A stretch of DNA of 49,209 nucleotides, the filler included, from Bipalium vagum (taxonomy: Eukaryota), in NCBI GenBank assembly GCA_037834085.1. It is 2 parts of 2 records of this genome, joined end to end, with 100 filler letters (N's around TTAATTAATTAA, not from the genome) between each part and the next. Parts side by side here need not be neighbours in the genome. Positions count along the whole stretch, not along the records: positions 1 to 27,508 come from JBBMKC010088242.1; 1 more part is not named here. One strand, 5' to 3'. Each line of letters opens with the position of its first letter. The first letter of the stretch is position 1. Position numbers and translations under genes: made by a program. Shown here piece by piece: positions 10,483 through 22,400 of the stretch. The notes under the pieces were generated by a model that searched no databases, had not been told where the DNA came from, and saw nothing but the letters and a program-made list of their open reading frames with translations.

Positions 10483-12269
10483 CTAAAATCTGCGTTCAGT
10501 ATTTCTACGACGATAAGGACTATCATTACTGTCGTCATTAGTAGTTCTCGGTGCATTTTGCCTAATGGGACTCTCAGAAAAGCTTAATTTCAATTGATAA
10601 GGAAACTTTGTTCCCTCATTATTTATCATAATGTGATTGCACAAAGCAAGAGCATTGGTTGCGTCTTCGACGCTTGTCCATTGTAACAGACCTGATGAAG
10701 ACTTTTCTCGATTAGTTAATTGTAAAAATTCCGGTGGTTCTACGGCGTTATATTTATTAAACTCGGTCTGAATCATATCTAAAGTAAAATTCGGTGGTGC
10801 ATTCCAGTAGTTAATGGTTTTCGATGGCGGAAACACGCGATTTTTTTCTGCTACTTCCGGTGTGCTAAAACGATTTTCTCGACATTTTTTGTAATCCTTA
10901 AAGGAATCCGATCCATCTGGTAACTTAAAAGGATTGGGAACATCAATTATTACTGATTGTTTCGATATTTGAAACTGTAATGTTTTGCCAAAGAGAGTTT
11001 TATTGTGTAATAAATTTATCATGCGGTCAACAAAACCTATGTCGCTCATTTGAACCATAGCCGACCCCTCTTTGCTTTTTAGAAATTTTATTTTCATTAC
11101 GTTTCCATAAATACAAAACAGATTAAAAAGAATATCGCAATTTGTCGAGTCGAGATTGAGCCCGTAAACCATGGCAACCGCGGGACCAGAACCAAAATTC
11201 CTATCTACCATTGAATTATGACCGTAATCGTCTTCATAATTGATGTCGCGATGAATATTTTTATTTAACGGAACCATCCTACCAGAATAGTCTCGAACAT
11301 CTTCGTAATATCGTGACTCTCTATTATCAGCACCACCACGACTGTACAAGCCATTAAACGATTCTTCTCTACGATCTGGCATTTCGTAATCACGACTCAT
11401 TGGTGCTCTCGAGTGTATATTCGATCTATTAGGCAGACCCAGCAAAGAATGTGATGAACGTAATTCTAAGTTTTGAGCTTCAAAGTCAAAACTATCTTCT
11501 GAATTTTCAATAACATTAACACGGTTTGTTGTTGCATATTCAATTTTCAATGTGCAACAACCAGAATATATATCAGCACCATTTAAATTACGTTTCACCT
11601 TTACTGCATCTTCGATTGACACAAATTCCACAAGTGCCTTCAGAAATTAAATACGAAATCAAGAAATCAATGAACGGAAGAATACAAAGAAAACCATACC
11701 TGTATAAATGATGCCTTTCTGTTAATGAAAATCCGAACAACCCTACCATGGGGTTTACAAATTTTATGCAGAACATCCACGGTAATAGGATATATAGCAT
11801 CATAAATAAAAAATATCAAAACTTTATTATTGGTGGGCAATGATTCATTTGGCATCCGAGTCCTTTTATTAACATGTTCAGAAGTACTAAAGTTAACTTT
11901 TGCTGGTCTATTTGCAATACAAATAAAGTCATTGCGAAACCTAAATTTTTATTGAATTTGGAAATTATACTAATTAACTACAACCTTTTCACAACTTCTT
12001 GTGCTGAACTAAGAAGTTCATATTCTACTAAAGCTTGGCGTTTTTTAGGAATCATTGCGATTTCTCTAATTATTCCAAATTTTTCCAAGGCTCGACATAC
12101 ATCAATTTCAAGAGTATGCTCTCCTAACTCTCTAATGTGGATTACTTTAGATGGTTGAATATCTTCCCAATCTTCTGGTCTAGACCTTTTGCGATTGAAA
12201 TTATCCTATAATGATTGAATAGTTATGCGAATAAGAAATCCTAAACAATTTCACTTAATTACTTACCAT
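10483..12269 (-). CDS. HNRNPL: Heterogeneous nuclear ribonucleoprotein L (4 RRMs, 539 aa). Exons 12269-12267, 12205-11985, 11940-11700, 11637-10483
   Basis: RRM1 PSKVIHIRELG...MIPKKRQALVEY; RRM2 NKVL...YPITVDVLHKIC...NGADIYSGCCTLKIEYA; RRM3 MVYGLN...FNLFCIYGNVMKIKFLKSKEGSAMVQM; RRM4 PPSKTINYWNAP...ALALCNH...PYQLKLSFS. Three GT-AG introns (61, 44, 62 nt) restore one open frame of 1620 nt. Confidence 0.93.
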
Positions 12270-12659
12270 ATTTTATATTTTGTTGATATTTTTAAAAATT
12301 AATGTAGTAAAACAATATCTAGTTCAATTAAAGTACTTTTAATAATCATAATATTAAAAAAATTAATTTTATAATATTTTTAATTGAATTAAACCTTTAT
12401 TTCTAAATATATAGAATTATTTGAAAATAAGAATAAGAGATTAGTATTGACTTGTATTATATTCTCGTATTTTTTAAGCTTTTAAATTTACCTATTTTAA
12501 GTCTTAAGAACTATAGTATTACAAGTAAATATTTTTAAAACATTTTAAGAATAAAAAGTTTTATTAACAATCCACAAAATATTTATTGCTTATTTGATTT
12601 TTATTTTATTAAAATAATTTAACTTTAATTAAAAATAAAAGGAAAGAGAGAAAAGTATA

Positions 12660-14225
12660 TAGGGTCGGAAATAATTTAGTGACACATTACAAAAGTTACT
12701 AAAATCGATATTTTAAAGATTTTGTAGTCTTAATAATGTCAGATAAATGTGTGTTTTTAGAGTATCTGAATGAATGTTTCGTTTAAAATAATAAAAATTA
12801 TAAAAAATACTTGGCAATCAATATAATTTGAGTAATATACCAAATATGTCAGAAATTTAAATTTGGTGACACTTCAAAATGTAACCAGAATTTTATGGTT
12901 TAATTAATCATGATTCCAAGGCAAATGATTATATTTCTTGAAATACTTTATAAATAACGTTTAATATTTACAATGATGTTCTTTAATCTTCACAACTGTC
13001 TTTAATCGCTGAGGAATTGACTAGTGCAAATTACTAATCACTTTTGTTGGAATATCGTTCCATAATTTGAGGGACATTACATAAATCTTCGGATCACATT
13101 ATATTGAATTCAAAATAACAGTTGTCTTCAATATGAATCACATTTCTGATGATATTGATGTCATGTGAATGCGGTGTTCAGTCACTAAAAAGACAATCTT
13201 TTTCAGTTTCAGATACGAAATTTTAGATTGCAACGTATGACAGAGTTTACCATCTTTTATGAAGACGAAGTCGCTTACATACATATTCTGTAGTCCTTCT
13301 TCCAATACTATTTGATAAGCAGTTGAATCCAATTACAATGGTTACTAATGAGTATTATACTGCAGTCACCTCTTATGGCCCTCCATATCAAAATAGATTT
13401 GAACTGTCTCGGATATTTTAAAGGGTATATTTGGGGTCAAATCTATGCCAACGTGGTCTTCTCACATACCGGTTATAAGATGAACTGATTTCAATGCGAC
13501 ATTCATCAGAAAAATAATATTTTTCCATTGTTCACTATCCCAATTGTTGTAGGTCTTGTACCACAAAACATGTCTTTTCATATTACGGTTACCAATGAAC
13601 GTTTTGCACTCAGCAATTCTTCCTGGAAGTCCCGATCTGTTTAGATACGATTGTATAGTTCTTATAGTAACACTTCTATTAAGTCCACTTTCGTTGAAGA
13701 CTTCAGCAGCAGTGAGAAATTGATTCTTCTTAAGAGTGCGATTTAGAAAACGTGTCTCCCTTTCCGATAAATTTTTTGGTCGACGAAATCTCTTTTTATG
13801 TGATATTAACCCAGTCTTTTGGATTTTCACCCAGACCTTTCTGTCACTTGTCCGATTAATATTGAGAACCTTACATTGATTCATATTTTAACTATTTCTA
13901 AAAAAAATATTATAAATTATTAAATTAAACATATTAAATTGCATTTTAAAAAAGTTACATTAAAAAATGTAATATTTAGAAATATATTAACTTACATAAT
14001 AAATGTATACAAAATTTGAATAAGTTGTAAAAAATTATTAAATGAAATAATTATTTAGCTTATTTTAACATATATTAATACGAATGCAGCGTTAATTAAA
14101 TATCATATCTACATTTCCAGGCTATCATAATATCCATTTGAAAAAAGTTATAAAGCTTTTATTTGACTAAAAATTGTTAATTATATTACTTTTTAAAAAG
14201 TGTTACTAACTTATTTCTTACCCTG
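12660..14225 (-). mobile_element. Tc1-like transposon with both TIRs, TA TSD and defective transposase (about 13884-12960)
   Basis: TA|TAGGGTCGGAAATAATTTAGTGACAC versus TA|CAGGGTAAGAAATAAGTTAGTAACAC (reverse complement of right end). ORFs with RPKNLSERETRFL, SVTIRTIQSYL, WKNIIF(SDE) and MDSTAYQIVLEE. Confidence 0.88.
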
Positions 14226-16582
14226 TATTCCATATATTAAGAGAGCTTTTAAAACCTAAATTAAGACCAATTATATTAATCTCTTAAGAAATTGAATATT
14301 ACTCTCATTTATAAAATCATTAGGTTAAAAAATAGTTTATCTGATATCAATCAGTCTATATGAAACCTAAACCAGTATTTATAGTAATTATTTAAGTAAA
14401 TTCAAAACCTATTTATCGAGATTAAATAATGCATTGAGTATTAAAATCCGCTTAAGAATATGTAGTTCTGTCTACTATCTAATTACCAAACACAGGACTA
14501 AGTGGAGAAGAATAAGTTGGAGGGCGCGATTTTAATGTAATTTTTTAGTAAAAATTACAGCAACCCGAATTTCACAAATATTTATTTAAACTTTCAAACT
14601 CTTTTTTTAGTTTTATTTCATTCAAAACTAAAACCTCGAATTTAAGAAATTTATGGAAATTCTTGACTAGTTTAAAGATAAGATTATTTGATTCTAGAAT
14701 GGCTGGCAGAAAGAGGACTTAGAGTATTTATTTAGATTTTTATTATTGTTGTCTTAATAAATATACTTGTTTAAGAATGTATATATGATTATTTAATAAT
14801 TTATTATTTAAAAAAATCACCATAAAAGGTCAAATTTTTATAGCTAATTAAACTGTGTTAAAAATAAAAAAATAAAGAAAGACTCAAATTATAATTGACA
14901 GTTATAAATCATTAATTGGGTTGGTTCATAAATTCTTTGAAAGCCTTGATTATAAAAATATATCCGAGGAAATATTGCTTTCCATTCTGATTTACAAGCA
15001 ACTATTAAACCTTCTCAAGTTAAGTCCTTATATTTTGATAAATCTTATTAAAGCTTCATTTATCTTTGAAAGGAATTTAAAAATATTATATTTTCTTCAT
15101 TGCACGAACTATTGCTCACTGAAAATGAATTTTCGAATAATTCTTTCTTTGTTATAATTTCTATATATCGCTAAAAATTTTAATTTTGAGTAATCTGTAA
15201 ATTTTATCTTATTTCTCGACAGATATTAAAATCCCTTACAAACACCTATACATTTTGTAGTTTTGATATCTTACTAAAGTACTAATGTAGTTTTTTTCTC
15301 AGGGAATTCGCCAATTTTGTTAGTAATGGAAATTTTTTTTCTGTATCGTAAAGTAAAACTAAAATAAATGTTTTTTAATTACTTATTAAATTTACTTATA
15401 TTATATCTCATTATAATAGCTCATCTTTTATTATTTGAGAAATCTTATATTGACAATCGCTTTCATTTAATTTAATTAAAATCAACAACCAACAGGCACA
15501 GGCGTAAGACACACAAACACGTCTCAGTCCCCAACGAATCTGTCCGGCTGTTGGACTCCCTGCCACTCTCCCAGTCTCAACACCACTACACGCAACAGTC
15601 AATAATATTGTGGGTAACAGGTATATTGGTAAGCTTAAGTTAAAATTGATAAATTTGTACCTATTTGATTTTATGCAAAATTATTTAAAGTTAAAAATAT
15701 TTTCTAAAGTATTTTTATTCGTAAATGTCTTCGGTAGCATATTAATATTTCCCAGATAGTAATAGTGTAAAAAATATAGTCTATATTGATTGTATGTATC
15801 AGTCATTTATTGAGTACATTAGCGATCTAAGCTTGAAAATTATTCAGGCCAAAAATAATAAAATACAAAAATGTATTTTTAAGGTGTATAAATTTCTAAT
15901 GTCAATTTATAAAATTTTATATAAACATTGTTGATAGTTGAACATTTTACAAGTTAAACGTGTAGGACAAATTACATCTAGAAACCAAGAAAAGCTCAGC
16001 ATAAAGAATCCGATAAATAATATTTTGTCTGGAGAAAACGAAAAAAGAATGATATATTTAAATAAAAATTTTATATACTTTAGTAAATGCTAACTTTAGT
16101 GTTATTTTATATATTTAATTTTATTATTTATTAGTTATATTCAATTAATATATATTTTATAATATAATCAAATAATAATATATTATTACATATTAAAAAT
16201 GTCTTTCAATAAATAAAGCAAAAAAAGAAAATGTCATAAAGCAAAAAAAAATTTATTGAAACTTTAAACATAAGGTAGCAATAATACAGATCCAAATTAA
16301 TGATGAAACTTAATATTAACAAATTTTTTTATAAAGAATGTCCTATGTTGCTTATATTTAATGATTTTGATGTTCTTACTGACAAAAACATTAATATGTT
16401 CAATTGTTTCATGGCTATTGTTATTAAATGTTATTGGTGCATAAGGAATATTGAATGCCATAATATCTGCCTCTATTAAAAATAAAATTATAATAATGAG
16501 TTCATCAGTGTAAAGATATGATTATAACTACAAAGTTTGTATGTAATTTAAAACTAATGTATTAATTAAAGATTTAAAAGTA

Positions 16583-16985
16583 TAGGGTGTTTCAAATAAA
16601 AAATGACTTTTATCGATAAAAAAGTTAAAAATATATCGAAAGAATTTTTAAAAAAATCTAATAAAGCTTTTAAAATAAAATTTAAGATAATTATAATTAA
16701 TAAAGTTATAAATTTTAGTAATTAATATTTTACTGAAGAAACAAAGCTTGTTTAAATATCACCAAATCAAGTGGCGAATTTGAAAAAAATTCAAAAGACT
16801 AAAAACACAGTTATTGAAAATTCTGTTATATCTAAAGATATTGCAATCACTAACAATCAGAATAACAACAATATTAATTTTAAAACTTGTTCTCATCTAA
16901 CATTTTTAGTAAGATTAATTTCAGAAAACCTAAAATAGAAGAAAAAACTTATTTTTTATAAGTCATTTTTACTAATAATTCCCTT
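16583..16985. mobile_element. Possible Tc1/mariner-type MITE
   Basis: Left TAGGGTGTTTCAAATAAAAAATGACTT versus right (reverse complement) AAGGGAATTATTAGTAAAAATGACTT. No coding content. Confidence 0.35.
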
Positions 16986-17685
16986 TGAAATTAAGCTTTT
17001 TTTAATAAATAATTAAAATAAAAATAATTTTTAAAAAATATAATTGGTTGAATGAAGTCTGTAGATAATATATAAAGAAGAATCGAAAATTTAAATGATA
17101 ATTGAATAATTGAAAAAAATTGCAAGAAGAAAAGTGCAGAAAGAAAGTAAGTTTTAGAAGAATTCAAATGAGAGAGTTGAAAATAAAATTGACAAGGTGA
17201 TAAGATATTTAATTCAGATTAAATAAACGTTTTTATGTAATCCTTCAACTTAATTTTCTAAATAGTTCTTAAAATATTGAATCTAGTAAATATGGTTAAA
17301 ATACTAAAGATAAGCTAAATATTATTAAATACATAATTAAGTAAGCTAAATAATTAATAAGTTTAAATAATTATCAAAATTCTTAATAAATATAAAAAAA
17401 TTGTCATTTAAAGACAAGTTTTAAAAATAATAAATTATACTGATTATAAATAATGATTATTAAAAATGTTTATTTTCTTTTCTGATTTAGAAATATGAGT
17501 AAATATTACTTAATTAATCATTGTTTCTTTCGTCTAAGAAATGAATTTTATTAATGATTTTATAAATTAGGTTTTTTCTTAGATATTTTACTTTCAATGA
17601 TTTATTATTATGCATAATACTGTAAACAGTTAATTTCTGAATCAAATAATTATATATTTTTTTCATTTTGGTGAAATAGACTTTG

Positions 17686-17687
<2 letters not shown>

Positions 17688-17725
<38 letters not shown>
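17688..17725. repeat. (AT)n microsatellite
   Basis: Directly visible. It explains the spurious YIYIYI ORF. Confidence 0.95.
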
Positions 17726-17730
<5 letters not shown>

Positions 17731-19438
17731 TATACAAATTGATCGATTTTCATATTTTTACGTATCATAAAATATTAATTATTTATAGTAAAAATTTTCA
17801 ATTCTAATTTATTAAAAATATTTAATGATTTTATAATTCAGAATTAAGCAATAGTGGACAAAAATCTCTTAACATAATATACAAACATTTTATTTTAATC
17901 ACTGTCAAATTTATTTATTTCAATTTCGGACCTTCATTAATAATACAAGGGGTTCCTTGAGTTCACAGCTTCATTTCCTCTGGGAAATGAAAATAACTGT
18001 TATTGATTCAATGATGACATCAACTCTAAATTGATGGTTTATGATTTTTATTTTTAATTTAATACGTTTTTTGGTTTGTTTAATTTTTAATTAATGCTTT
18101 TTCATATTTTCATTTCAAATATTGTTCAGGTAATACTAATAAAAAAAGACTATTACTAATACTAATCCATCAAATAATAGTGAAATTGATTTTGATCCTG
18201 AAACTGTACTCATTATCTTTCATTCTGGAGTCTCAAATGTTTTAATATTTTCTTTGGTTTTTAAATATAGATTGATTTTGTATTAATAAGAGTAAATATT
18301 CGGGGAGGAGGACATCATGCGTTTGAACCATAAATATTCATTGAGAATTAATCAATTATAATTTTTAATTAAGAATTTTTGAACTAATAATTTATTTTGA
18401 TTTTGAAAATTTTTATATTTTTAAAGTCGTTGAAAAATACAACTTATCACATTTAACCTCAGTTTTCTACACCATGTACTGAAAGAAAAATTAACAAAAT
18501 AATTTTTATAAATATATTATAATTATTCATTTTATATCTTTTATTCCATATTGTGTGAAAGAGCAAAGAAAAGAGCCTGTCTAAAATTTTTAAATTATTC
18601 TTTTTTTTCATTTTTTCTTAGTAATCGTACAATTTTTTATTTATAATACAAGATGAAAGATTTTTATAATAGTAATTTAATAATATTCTTATTAGATTTT
18701 TTTGAAGATAGTAATTAATTTCTCGTCCATATCACATCATATATCATTGAGAAAATTAAGCTTTATGGGAATTACTTTTTCACAAGGATATAAAGTAAAA
18801 TGCAGAGGTAGGAGCTTTAGTTAGCCAACACATAATTAAATAAAATTTTTAAAGATTTTTATTCTATTAACCACAATTTATTAAAATTATTTTCAATTGA
18901 TATATAATAAGATTATCAACATTTCTATTAATTCGCAAAAATTCTTCTTTAAAGTAGGTACAGAGGAATAAAGGACACTGATGTTTCAAAACTATAAAAT
19001 ATGAAATTATCAATTACTTCAATATTTTTTTATTTATATTTTAAATATATAATCAATACCAGTAATCTATATACATTTAATTAATAAATAGTATATCTAT
19101 TTATTAATTTTTTATTTATTCATTGATTGAATGAAAAATGATTTTTTTCTATTTTACTCCTTATATATTATATATAATATATTCTTTACTTTATTTTTAT
19201 ATAGTTTTCCTTAATTTAATAAATTTACTTATAATCTTAATTTTATTTAAAAGCTTCACTTTTTTTTATAATTAATATTAATAAAGTTAAATAAAAAACT
19301 ACACAGGACTTTTGTTAAAACTGTTTAGTATAATATGAGAGAAATAAATCGACTTCAATGAAAAAATCAATAATTATAAAAGAAAAATTAAACAAAGGCT
19401 TTTATAGATCGTAAAATAATTAAGTATCTAAATGATAT

Positions 19439-22400
19439 TTATTCTGCGTTTTCAACTATTTTAACATGTTCACATTTGAAGACGTTTCTGTACGACTTTA
19501 GGGACATCATAATTTGTAAATTAGCAGATCCTGTGATCTTCTCATTTTGATTTATCAGTTGAGATTGATATTCCCGACGAATATTTGAACAGAAATTCTG
19601 AAAAAAACGTATGTTTTAAATCAGTCAATAATAAATTTTAATGTTTACAACCTGTTGTAATTTTTATATTGCTTATTATATTAAGTGTGGTACTTGTGCA
19701 TTAATTCACCACATATTTACCAAAATCTACATTTAAAAATTTTTTAATCTATGAATTTGTGATTGTTTTGGTTATGGATTTTAAAAATTTATCAGCAAAT
19801 GAGGTAAGAGACAAAGAAGGTAGTGTGTGATTCTTGCAAGAATGAGTAATACTTCACAATTTGCGATGTTGTAGAAACAATCACACAATGAATCTATTCT
19901 TAACTACCACAACAGTGGGTTTTTGTTTGGAAACAGGTGAGTGTTTTTTGTTTAATGTACATAATAGAACTACAGCAGCACTGATTCCATTCAATATTGA
20001 TTTAATAAGGCCTGGAACTAGAGTATTTTCTGACCAATGAAGTGCGTATGCCTATATTGGGGCATTTCCTGGTTTTGGATTTATACATAAAACTTTTTAT
20101 CATTCTATCTAACCCATTAACTGGTGCCAATACCCAGAGAATAGAAATGACTTGGAAAGCTGCAAAAGAACAAAATAAAAGGTATAACGGAATGTATCAT
20201 AGGATTTTTAATTCGTAAATGTGCAAGTTTATGTAGAGGATTGGCATAAAAATTGGAAATCTGTTTGATACAATTTTGGAAGATATAGTACAATTTTGAC
20301 CTCCTACTCGATATATTATTGTTATATATACTTTGAAACTTGGTAAATTTGCGGTAAATTAAAGCACAAGAATCTAAGAGTGTTTTAATTTTAAAGAATC
20401 TCTCAGGGACTGAATAAGTAATGTCCAGACATGAAAATGCTTGATTGCATTCTACAGGGTATACAGTTAAGAATATCTTATTTTTAGCTCAGAACATCAT
20501 CACGTTACGTTCTCTTGTTGTTGTTCCTTTCGATAGTGAACGGCCTATTTCACTCGATGATTCATAAGGACCCTAAAACTCTCTATTACTAGAAAGATGG
20601 AGCAAAGTGGTGAACAGCGATGGACAAAATGTATAACTTGTTTTAAAATAAAAGTTTATTTATCCGAAAATATTTTCAAGTTAATGCCAGAAAATAATAA
20701 TTTTATTTGATGAAAATATAGAAGTAAAATACTCATAAAAAACCAAGAATATAATATTAAAAAAATGTTTATTATTCATTGGTTTTGTAATAAGAATATT
20801 TCATGCCACTGAAGCTGAAATTTATATTAAAAATATTTCATTTTCTATATCAAATGAAAATACAAAAAAACCTTTTCGTTACATTGGAAGAATTTCGTCA
20901 TTTGATACGATTTTAACTTATTTTTTTTATATTTAACAAAAGGAAATATTTGAAGCAATTCTAAAGTAATAAATGAAAATTGGAACATTTAATATTAAAA
21001 TGGTTAATATTTAACGATATAAAAGTTTAATGAAGTGGAAGAAAAAAATAATTTCACAATAAAGTTTTCAATTATATTATTTTTTGTAACAGCTTACTGA
21101 CTAAAATTTCTGAATTGATTTAAAAATTCAGAAAATATTCATACAAATGTTTTATTTGAATATATAATAAATATTTAATTTTAATTATTTATTATTTTTA
21201 ATTAATAATAATAATAATAAAAATTAATAATTTATTTGAATATGTATATAATAAATAGTAACTTTAATATTAATTATAAATAACAAAATTATTTTTATTA
21301 TACTCAATTTTTAATTTTGCAAACAGTGAAAAAGTAAATTAAAAAATCTTTGTTAAGAAACGGAAAATCAGTTTTCCATATATAGAAGATTTCATTATGA
21401 TCCAAACATGCTATTGTTCATATAAATATGATATGCTTTTCTTTTGTTTTAAGTTTCGGTAAAATCATACTTCCTCATTTTGGAAAGTGAAACATCAATC
21501 AGGTTGCTCAGCTGAATTTTATTTATTAATGTCAATGTATTCAATATTGTATTATTTCTTAACTGTTATGTAAAATAACTATTTAAGATTTTGAGCACTT
21601 ATTTTTCTTTGCAATATTTTCGTTCATTATTTATTATTAAATTCAATATAAAAGTGACAACAATTCAAAACATTGATTTTAGATTAAGTAAATGCAGTTT
21701 TAAAAACTTTATAAAAATTTATTTTTTAATTTTTTTTATCAGTTGAGATCTGTGTTTATTAATATTTTTTATCAGTTATTATAGTTGAAAAATTTTCTAA
21801 ATTTTTAATTTAATATAAGTAAATTTTAATTTATATAATTATTATTTTGCAACTTAAAAGATTGAAATATATTCTAATTTGTATTTGTTTGTTTTAATAT
21901 AAAATGAAGTTTTAAATATATTTTATGATAAAAATAATTAAAATTTTACTTTGTCGAAATAATTATCTTTCACAAATTTCTATTAAAATTATTTTAAAAA
22001 ATAAAAAGTATAAAAATTTCTATTAAAATTAATTAAAATCAAAACAATTTAAAATTAATGAATAAATAAAACAAATACATTTTTCTAATTCTTAAATGTT
22101 TCTTTTATTTTTAAATTAATTAAGATAAATTTTTTAAAATTAAATATTTTGTAAATTATATAAATTTTGAAGAATTATTAATAATAAATTAATAAATTAT
22201 TTACAAAATCCTAATATTATTTTGTTTTATTGAAGTAATATTTTTTCGAAATTTTAAAAAAATTAAAATAAAGTCTAATATTGAAAAAAATTTGATAAAA
22301 TGTTTTTTTTAAAACATAAATTTTAGAAAATTTAACAATTTTCGTTATTTATTGAAAAATTTATAAAAGTAATTTTACCTGTGCCAATCTTATAAACATA

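Noticed and set aside
11874-12158. Plus-strand ORFs overlapping hnRNP L (also 10375-10587 and 11526-11711)
   Set aside because: Antisense shadows with no independent support.
12241-12266. Alternative 26-nt first intron of hnRNP L
   Set aside because: Shorter than all other introns here, and it would add 35 nt and shift the frame.
17514-17768. 84-aa ORF
   Set aside because: Produced by an (AT)n microsatellite and AT-rich sequence.
18458-18530. Signal-peptide-like mini ORF MNNYNIFIKIILLIFLSVHGVEN (minus)
   Set aside because: I/L/F/N/K-rich peptides arise by chance in AT-rich DNA, and no downstream exon was found.
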